DNA of 52,330 bases, from positions 1 through 52,330 of the IMG/VR virus record IMGVR_UViG_3300030385_001830; one strand, 5' to 3'. A program made the position numbers and the translations under genes. Within the stretch, counting starts at the first letter, position 1. The number at the start of each line of letters is the position of its first letter. Positions 45,512 to 52,330 of this stretch are shown here, piece after piece. The stretch is from a virus. Its lineage: Duplodnaviria; Caudoviricetes. The notes under the pieces were generated by a model. It made no database searches and was not told the DNA's origin. It saw only the letters and a program-made list of their open reading frames with translations.

Positions 45512-47910
45512 TGGCAGAGACCCCCCGCCCAAGTAACGTAGACAAAGCGTTAATAGAGGCCCCCCTTGGTGGATTAACAGAAGAGGAACAAGGCTTTGCC
45601 AACGCCGAAGATGAAATGCGTACGACGAGTGTGGATGTTGTTATTCAGCGTAATGACGATGGCACAGAAATTGTACTCGAAGGCGAAGAGGAAACAGAAC
45701 AGGAGATTGAAGAATTAGGCAGAGAGCCGGATGAATTTTTCGACAATTTGATTGATTCATTAAGCGATAAGACGATAAGCAGTGTAAAGTCTTATGTAAT
45801 GTCTTCTGTGCAAGATGATAAAAGCAGCCGTGATGAATGGTCACAAGCCTATACCAAAGGACTTAAATTACTGGGGTTAAGGTACCAAGATCGTACGCAG
45901 CCATTTGCCGGAGCATCAGGGGTTACGCACCCTTTGTTAAATGAAGCTGTAACCCAATTCCAAGCCCAAGCCTACAAAGAACTGCTACCCAGCACTGGGC
46001 CAGTAACCGCGCGAATTATAGGGGTTTCCAACCCAGAAATAGAAAAACAGGCACAGCGGGTGCAGGAATACATGAACTATCAAATCATGTATGGCATGGA
46101 AGAGTACGAATCAGAATTTGACCAGATGCTCTATTTTATAGGGTTGGCGGGTTCCGCTTTTAAAAAGGTCTATTTTGATGATGTAACTAAAAAACCAGTA
46201 AGTAAATTTGTGCCCGCTGAGGATGTGCTTGTACCTTACACAGCTACTGACTTAAGAACAGCAGAGCGCATAACCCATGTTGTAAAGATGTCCAAAAATG
46301 AGTTGCGTAAAATGCAACTTAGCGGTTTTTATGCGGATGTAAAAATAACCGAGGGGGGTTTTACTGAGTATAGTGCCATACAGGAAGAATATGACAGATT
46401 AGAGGGTATAGAGCGTACCTCTCCAGATGAGGAGGTCACATTATACGAGTGCCATTGCTCCTTGGATTTGGAGGAATTTCCAGATATTGCAGGTATTACG
46501 GGTGAGAACACCGAGGTTAAATTACCCTATGTAGTAACCGTCTGTGACGATATGAATGCGGTATTGCGTATAAGCCGTAATTATCGCCAAGATGACCCAG
46601 TTAAAGCGAGTATTGGGTCTTTTGTACAGTACAAGTTTACTCCCGGCTTGGGCTTTTATGGTTTTGGATTAGTGCATTTACTGGGTAATTTGAGCCGCAC
46701 CGCTACCAGTACATTGCGCCAATTGATAGATGCTGGAACATTAGCTAATTTGCCCTCAGGATTTAAAGCAAAAGGGGTGCGGATAGCTGATCAAGGTAAT
46801 CCGCTGCATCCGGGAGAATGGCGTGATATTGATGTTCCCGGCGGGGATATACGATCAGGACTTATACCGTTGCCTTATAAGGAACCAAGCGCGACTTTAT
46901 TTCAGTTAATGGGGTTTGTAGTGGATGCGGCCCAACGCTTTATAGGTACAACCGATATAAGTGTTGGTGACAGTAATGAGGCAATGCCAGTAGGCACGAC
47001 TATTGCTTTGCTGGAGAGAGGATCGAGGATTGTTTCGGCAGTACATAAGCGTATGTATGCCAGTATGAAAATAGAACTTAAAATGTTGTCTAGATTATTT
47101 GCTGAGGACCCCGCCCCCTACCCCTATGACGTAGGAGAAGACGCCCAAATTAAATCAAGTGATTTTGACAGCCGCATTGATATTTTACCAGTGAGTGATC
47201 CCAATATTTTCAGTATGTCTCAACGGGTGGTATTGGCACAAGAGCAGTTAAAGCTCGCAACAGCAGACCCAGACATGCACAATATGTATGAAGCCTATAC
47301 CCGTGTGTATCAGGCATTAGGGGTACAGAACATAGATGAAATTTTAAAACCGCAGCCGACTCCTGAACCAACCGACCCAGCCACCGAAAACCAAGAAGCC
47401 AGCAATGCTGCCAACGGTCAAGGAGAACTCAAGGCTTTTCCTGAGCAAGACCATCAAGCCCATATTAAAGTACACATGGGGTATATGGAGAGTGGGATAG
47501 CCCAGCAACAAACTCCGGTATTATTGACATTAGAAAAGCACATTTATGACCATTTGGGCCTACAGGCTCAGATGATGGCAGAACAACAAGCACAACAGAT
47601 GGGAATCCAAGACCCCGCGCAAATGGCAGCTTTAGTAGCTCAAATACAGGCACAGATTATAGAACAGCATCAGGAGACATTACCACCGGCTAATAAAGGG
47701 GATGATGACCCATTAATTGCTCTGAAAGAACGAGAATTGGATCTTAAAGAACAAGACCAACGTGCAGACCAAATGTACGATGCAGAAAGGCTAGAGTTCG
47801 AAGAAGAGAAAAATGCCCGCAACATGGAAATTCAAAACCGCCGTATAGACAGCACAGAAGACATAGCACAATTACGTGCGAGAATTGCATTACAAAGGTC
47901 TAATAAATAG
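45511..47910 (+). CDS. Portal protein
   Basis: 799 aa, directly after terL; HPLLNEAVTQFQAQA, GSAFKKVY and LRQLIDAGTLANL motifs. Confidence 0.88.
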   Translation: MAETPRPSNVDKALIEAPLGGLTEEEQGFANAEDEMRTTSVDVVIQRNDDGTEIVLEGEEETEQEIEELGREPDEFFDNLIDSLSDKTISSVKSYVMSSVQDDKSSRDEWSQAYTKGLKLLGLRYQDRTQPFAGASGVTHPLLNEAVTQFQAQAYKELLPSTGPVTARIIGVSNPEIEKQAQRVQEYMNYQIMYGMEEYESEFDQMLYFIGLAGSAFKKVYFDDVTKKPVSKFVPAEDVLVPYTATDLRTAERITHVVKMSKNELRKMQLSGFYADVKITEGGFTEYSAIQEEYDRLEGIERTSPDEEVTLYECHCSLDLEEFPDIAGITGENTEVKLPYVVTVCDDMNAVLRISRNYRQDDPVKASIGSFVQYKFTPGLGFYGFGLVHLLGNLSRTATSTLRQLIDAGTLANLPSGFKAKGVRIADQGNPLHPGEWRDIDVPGGDIRSGLIPLPYKEPSATLFQLMGFVVDAAQRFIGTTDISVGDSNEAMPVGTTIALLERGSRIVSAVHKRMYASMKIELKMLSRLFAEDPAPYPYDVGEDAQIKSSDFDSRIDILPVSDPNIFSMSQRVVLAQEQLKLATADPDMHNMYEAYTRVYQALGVQNIDEILKPQPTPEPTDPATENQEASNAANGQGELKAFPEQDHQAHIKVHMGYMESGIAQQQTPVLLTLEKHIYDHLGLQAQMMAEQQAQQMGIQDPAQMAALVAQIQAQIIEQHQETLPPANKGDDDPLIALKERELDLKEQDQRADQMYDAERLEFEEEKNARNMEIQNRRIDSTEDIAQLRARIALQRSNK

Positions 47911-47912
47911 GG

Positions 47913-48323
47913 ATGATAGAAATCTTTAATAGAATTATTGGCCCTGTTACTAAAATTTTAGACAAGGTAATCCCTGATAAAGATTTAAGAACATCGCTTG
48001 CCCATGAGATAGCTACAATGGCAGCTAAACAATCTCATGAAAATGCCTTAGCCCAAATTGAAGTTAATAAGCAAGAAGCAGCCCATAAGAGCCTATTTGT
48101 AGCAGGATGGAGACCCTTTATTGGTTGGACATGCGGAATTGCACTGGCATGGCACTTTATTTTTTCCCCCGTTACTATGTTTTTCTGTTCCTATTTAGGG
48201 ATAGCACTCCCCCCCTTACCAGAATTTGATATGACCAGTTTGCTGACTGTATTAGGGGGTATTTTAGGGCTTGGTGGATTCAGAACATATGAGAAAGTGA
48301 AAGGAGTTCAAAGACCAGAATGA
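47913..48323 (+). CDS. Holin of 3TMs (GTA-type)
   Basis: FVAGWRPFIGWTCG...LGGILGLGGFRTYEK. Confidence 0.8.
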   Translation: MIEIFNRIIGPVTKILDKVIPDKDLRTSLAHEIATMAAKQSHENALAQIEVNKQEAAHKSLFVAGWRPFIGWTCGIALAWHFIFSPVTMFFCSYLGIALPPLPEFDMTSLLTVLGGILGLGGFRTYEKVKGVQRPE

Positions 48324-48517
48324 GTTTAGACCTTTACATTTACGAAAAAATGCTTAAGATACTAAGAGAGCGGCGTGAAGCAACACAAGAGGCCCTTTGT
48401 TTTGGGGCTGTTGCTGATTTTGCCGTACACAAGGAGCTCCGTGCTGTAATTGGAGAACTTGCCGTTTTAGAACAGGAGTTAAAAGCCCTGCTAGATACAC
48501 AGGATATAGATGACTAA
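48320..48517 (+). CDS. Hypothetical protein
   Basis: Coupled 65-aa helical ORF. Confidence 0.6.
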   Translation: MSLDLYIYEKMLKILRERREATQEALCFGAVADFAVHKELRAVIGELAVLEQELKALLDTQDIDD

Positions 48518-49007
48518 CATAATTGTCCCTGATCATTTAAAAGATATTACCCCCGTTAAACCCAAGAAAAAACTGAAAAGTGTGCCTGTTGCTGAAGACA
48601 AAGTTGAGTCGGTGGCAGATGCTTATGTGAATGAACACCATCTTTTTTTAGACCCTACTAAAATTCCCGAATCTGCCAAAGAAAAAATGCCTAAACCTAC
48701 GGGGTGGCGTATTTTATTATTGCCTTATATGGGTAAAAGAGTAACAGATGGCGGAATTGTCTTGACAGACAGTCAGGTAGAAAGAGAGCAGGTAGCCACA
48801 GTATGTGGCTATGTTCTTGCAGTAGGACCAGATGCCTATAAAGATGTAAACAGGTACGAAAGACCGTGGTGTAAAGAAGGAGATTGGATAATTTTTGGGC
48901 GTTATGCCGGAAGCAGATTCCGTATTGAAGGTGGTGAGGTCAGATTATTAAATGACGATGAAGTTTTAGCCACTATCACTCACCCTGATGATATATTGCA
49001 CTATTAA
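48510..49007 (+). CDS. groES: GroES-like co-chaperonin
   Basis: PKPTGWRILL..TDGGIVL..VLAVGP..GDWIIFGRYAG..LLNDDEVLA. Confidence 0.9.
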   Translation: MTNIIVPDHLKDITPVKPKKKLKSVPVAEDKVESVADAYVNEHHLFLDPTKIPESAKEKMPKPTGWRILLLPYMGKRVTDGGIVLTDSQVEREQVATVCGYVLAVGPDAYKDVNRYERPWCKEGDWIIFGRYAGSRFRIEGGEVRLLNDDEVLATITHPDDILHY

Positions 49008-49021
49008 CATGGAGATAAACC

Positions 49022-49918
49022 ATGCCAGAAGATGATAAAGAAGAAAGTTCCCCAGAGCAGCTTACTATAGAGCTTGATAACGATGTGGCTGATGAGGTTA
49101 AAATTGTTGCAAATGAAGCAGCTATCACGGATGAAGATGAAGAATTAAAAACCCATAGTGAGAAAGTACAAAGGCGTATTAACAAACTTACGGCTAAATT
49201 AAGAGAAGCAGAAAGACGAGAAAACGCTGCAACGGAGTATGCTCGGTCTGTTAATGTGGAAATGGACGAAATGAGGCATAAAACTGCCTCTTTGGACAAT
49301 TCTTATGTTAATGAGTATGACCATAGGGTGCAAACTCAAGAAAAACTCCTCAAACAAGAGCTTAAAAAGGCAATAGACAGTGGAGATTCGGACAAACAGG
49401 CTGATATTCAGGTTTTATTGGCTAATGTAAGCGCAGATAAGGATAAAGTGGGGCGTGTACGCCGTAGACAGCAGCAACAACTTCAAGCTCCCGTTCAACA
49501 ACCTCGCCTTCAAGCTCCTATATATCAAGCCTCGCCTCAACAACAAACAGACCCCCGTGCAGAAAACTGGGCAGAGCGTAATGAGTGGTTTGGGGAAAAT
49601 AGACCCATGACTTTGGTGGCTATGTCGGAGCATGAGACCTTATTAGAAGAGGGATATGACCCATTAGGGGAGCCAGATTCTTATTATAATGAGCTTGATA
49701 AGCGTATTGGGGAGGCATTTCCTCATAAATTTCAAAAGAATAAGAGAAGAGCTACCCCCCGTGTTGCAGGAGCAAGTAGAAGTACAATTAATAAAAAAGG
49801 TAAAAAAGAGGTTGTACTTACAGAATCTGAGGTTAAAATGGCCGATAAGTTGAATGTACCGCACAAAAAATACGCCGAACAAGTAGAGAAGATTAGGATT
49901 AGGGAGCAATATTCATGA
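49022..49918 (+). CDS. Putative scaffolding protein
   Basis: Acidic N-terminus, long coiled coil, DPRAENWAERNEWFG; located before the capsid genes. Confidence 0.65.
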   Translation: MPEDDKEESSPEQLTIELDNDVADEVKIVANEAAITDEDEELKTHSEKVQRRINKLTAKLREAERRENAATEYARSVNVEMDEMRHKTASLDNSYVNEYDHRVQTQEKLLKQELKKAIDSGDSDKQADIQVLLANVSADKDKVGRVRRRQQQQLQAPVQQPRLQAPIYQASPQQQTDPRAENWAERNEWFGENRPMTLVAMSEHETLLEEGYDPLGEPDSYYNELDKRIGEAFPHKFQKNKRRATPRVAGASRSTINKKGKKEVVLTESEVKMADKLNVPHKKYAEQVEKIRIREQYS

Positions 49919-50403
49919 CAGATAACGTGAAAACCGATCAAAAAGAAAATGATCGTAGTCCACGCAATAGCCGTACAAGGGCTAAAAATAGTCGTCCACG
50001 AACGTGGGCACCTCCGTCCTCACTAGACGCACCGCCACCTCCCGAGGGGTTTATTCATCGTTGGATCCGTGAATCAGTTATGGGATTCGACGATAAGAAA
50101 AACATTTCGGCGAGGCTCCGCGAAGGCTTTGAGTTAGTTCGCGCTGATGAGTATCCAGACTGGGAAGGCCAAGTAGTAAATGAAGGTAAACACCTAGGAA
50201 TTTTTGGTCAAGGCGGTCTGTTACTCGCTCGATTTCCTGAAGACTTACGTCAACAAAGAGAAGAGTATTTTCGTCGTAAAACATCCGATATGATGGATGC
50301 CGTTGATAATGATTTATTAAGGGAATCGCAACCTAGTATGCCTATCAGTAAACCTGAAAGGCAATCCCGTATAACTTTTGGGGGCGGTAAAGCTCCCGAA
50401 TAA
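49915..50403 (+). CDS. Conserved hypothetical head-module protein
   Basis: WAPPSSLDAPPPPEGFIHRWIR...REGFELVR motif. Confidence 0.65.
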   Translation: MTDNVKTDQKENDRSPRNSRTRAKNSRPRTWAPPSSLDAPPPPEGFIHRWIRESVMGFDDKKNISARLREGFELVRADEYPDWEGQVVNEGKHLGIFGQGGLLLARFPEDLRQQREEYFRRKTSDMMDAVDNDLLRESQPSMPISKPERQSRITFGGGKAPE

Positions 50404-50418
50404 TGAGGATCTGAGCTT

Positions 50419-51036
50419 ATGGCAAATATAGATGCTGCTTTTGGATTGCGTCCATATAAAATGCTCGGTGCAGGTGCGAACACAAGTGGATTGGTCTCTT
50501 ATCCAATTCAAACCGTAGCTACGGCTGGGAGTTCCAGTGTAATTTATCAAGGCACTCCTGTTATTCCTTTAGCTAATGGTATGATTGATATTGTAGGAGG
50601 AGCCACTGGTGGAACCGTGCCTTTATTGGGTGCTTTTATGGGGTGTGAATACACCGACTTAAACGGTACGCCTACGTTTAATAACAAGTATCCGGGAACT
50701 GCGGCTGTTAAAGCTAGTACCATAGTAACCGGATTAATTGCTGCTAACCCTGACCAGTTGTTTTTAATCAACTGTGATGCAGCAGCGGCAGATTTGATCG
50801 TTCATGCAAACGCTGATTTTGCAACAGCTACAAGTGGAAATGCGACTACATTTATTTCCACCGCAGAGTTGGCTGTGTCTACAGTTAATACTACTAATAC
50901 TCTTAATATGAGAATTATTGGTTTTGAAGACACACCTGATAATGATGATGCTACTGTTGCTGGTCGTTTAGCGATTGTTCTTTTAAATAACCACTTCTAT
51001 CGTTACAACGCTAACGGTACTGGTGCTGGAATCTAA
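50419..51036 (+). CDS. Capsid-associated (decoration / minor capsid) protein
   Basis: MANIDAAFGLRP start; directly upstream of the major capsid gene. Confidence 0.6.
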   Translation: MANIDAAFGLRPYKMLGAGANTSGLVSYPIQTVATAGSSSVIYQGTPVIPLANGMIDIVGGATGGTVPLLGAFMGCEYTDLNGTPTFNNKYPGTAAVKASTIVTGLIAANPDQLFLINCDAAAADLIVHANADFATATSGNATTFISTAELAVSTVNTTNTLNMRIIGFEDTPDNDDATVAGRLAIVLLNNHFYRYNANGTGAGI

Positions 51037-51050
51037 TAGGAGATTAGGAT

Positions 51051-51959
51051 ATGGCTATTTCACGTTCCCAACTCCTAAAAGAACTAGAGCCGGGATTGAA
51101 TGCTTTGTTCGGTTTGGAGTATGACCGGTATGACGATGAGCAAGCAGAAATTTTCGATGAAGAAAGTTCTGATAGAGCTTTTGAAGAGGAAGTTATGCTT
51201 TCGGGCTTTGGTCAAGCCCCCGTAAAAGGTGAGGGTGCTGCGGTAACGTATGACACAGCAAACGAGGCTTATACGGCACGTTATACAATGGAAACTATTG
51301 CACTTGCTTTTGCTATTACTGAGGAAGCAGTGGAAGATAATCTTTATGATCGTCTTTCTACTCGGTACACTAGAGCATTGGCTCGTTCAATGGCTAATAC
51401 CAAGCAGGTTAAGGCTGCGAATGTGTTAAACAACGCATTTGATAGTAGTTTTCTGATGGGAGATGGTGTAGAGCTTTGTTCTACAGCTCACCCGACTGTT
51501 GGTGGGGGTAACTTTGCCAACACGTTGACTACTGCGGCAGACCTTAATGAAACGTCATTAGAGCAATCTCTTATTGATATTGCCGCATTTATTGACGAAA
51601 GAGGCTTAAAAATTGCATTAAGAGGGATGAAACTAATTATTCCTGCTTCTTTGCAGTTTATAGCTGAACGCCTATTGGCTTCTAATTTGCGTCCTGGGAC
51701 AGCAGATAATGATATCAATGCTACTAAGAGCATGGGTATGTTGCCAAATGGCTATGTGGTTAATCACTTCTTGACTGATACGGATGCGTATTTTCTCAAG
51801 ACTGATTGCCCTAATGGGTTTAAACATTTTGTACGTACACCTATTAAAACCACTATGGAAGGTGATTTTGAGACAGGTAATGTGCGATATAAAGCCCGTG
51901 AACGATATACCTTTGGTGTATCGGATCCAAGGTGCGTATTTGGCTCTCCTGGAGCTTAA
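51051..51959 (+). CDS. Major capsid protein
   Basis: MAISRSQLLKELEPGLNALFG...YKARERYTFGVSDPR..GSPGA; AGGAG RBS; followed by a terminator. Confidence 0.9.
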   Translation: MAISRSQLLKELEPGLNALFGLEYDRYDDEQAEIFDEESSDRAFEEEVMLSGFGQAPVKGEGAAVTYDTANEAYTARYTMETIALAFAITEEAVEDNLYDRLSTRYTRALARSMANTKQVKAANVLNNAFDSSFLMGDGVELCSTAHPTVGGGNFANTLTTAADLNETSLEQSLIDIAAFIDERGLKIALRGMKLIIPASLQFIAERLLASNLRPGTADNDINATKSMGMLPNGYVVNHFLTDTDAYFLKTDCPNGFKHFVRTPIKTTMEGDFETGNVRYKARERYTFGVSDPRCVFGSPGA

Positions 51960-51973
51960 TTAAACTGAGGATT

Positions 51974-52008
51974 AAAAAGGGCGGCATTATTGCCGCCCTT
52001 TTTATTTT
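51974..52008 (+). terminator. Rho-independent terminator after the capsid gene
   Basis: AAAAAGGGCGGCA/TGCCGCCCTTTTT stem. Confidence 0.85.
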
Positions 52009-52078
52009 GGGGTATAGTTCCCCCGTCACTGACTATTACATCCCGTGATAGACACTAGCCACGACAGGAGACACTTAC

Positions 52079-52330
52079 ATGGCTACTCATTTTAAAGGTC
52101 CTATTCTTTATTCCGCTTCCCGTAAGGGGCTTGAAAACCTGCAAGTTGGGGTTTGGCCTGATCAGGCGGTTTTTCTTGATGATTTCACCGGTATATTTTT
52201 TGACGCTACCAATGACTGGACGGTGGTAAAAGACACCAGTGCCGCAGTAGCTATTGCCGCAGATACGGCTACAGGTGTCGTGACACTTACTTCAGCCGCT
52301 ACTACTGATAATGATGGCTCCTCCATACAG
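52079..52330 (+). CDS. Virion protein, 3' truncated by window edge
   Basis: AGGAG RBS; MATHFKGPIL...FLDDF...DWTV, open to the end of the window. Confidence 0.65.
   Translation, partial: MATHFKGPILYSASRKGLENLQVGVWPDQAVFLDDFTGIFFDATNDWTVVKDTSAAVAIAADTATGVVTLTSAATTDNDGSSIQ

Noticed and set aside
1-52330. Integrated prophage, transposon or RNA-polymerase-encoding (T7-like) phage
   Set aside because: No integrase, att-flanking host genes, transposase or single-subunit RNA polymerase is visible; both window ends fall inside virion genes

Overview
This looks like most of a circularly permuted, tailed dsDNA phage genome of the uncultured marine podovirus-like type. I see no integrase, RNA polymerase or host genes. 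Gene order: tail fibre genes with a sulfotransferase and two 2OG-Fe(II) oxygenases (1-4.9 kb); tail tube and large internal virion/ejection proteins, one carrying a Hint domain (4.9-19.4 kb); SNF2 helicase; a replication operon (SSB, AEP primase, UvrD, PolA) with an embedded thymidine-hypermodification cluster (5-hmdU DNA kinase helical-domain protein, glycosyltransferase, dUMP hydroxymethylase-like TS, Nmad1/MazG-like, cytidylyltransferase); GH108 lysin; small early genes behind a repeated promoter/operator, with a parS site; terS and a resolvase; terL, portal, holin, GroES, scaffold and capsid. The most unusual feature lies between terS and terL (41.7-43.95 kb). A ~970-bp island there has no GA and only one TC dinucleotide and encodes a 203-aa protein with no Asp or Glu. 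It sits next to a normally coded paralogue that is flanked by helically phased TC (5-bp) and GATC (10-bp) arrays. My inference is a genome-end system patterned by a DNA modification or defence motif. Product calls come from motif recognition only; no database searches were run.
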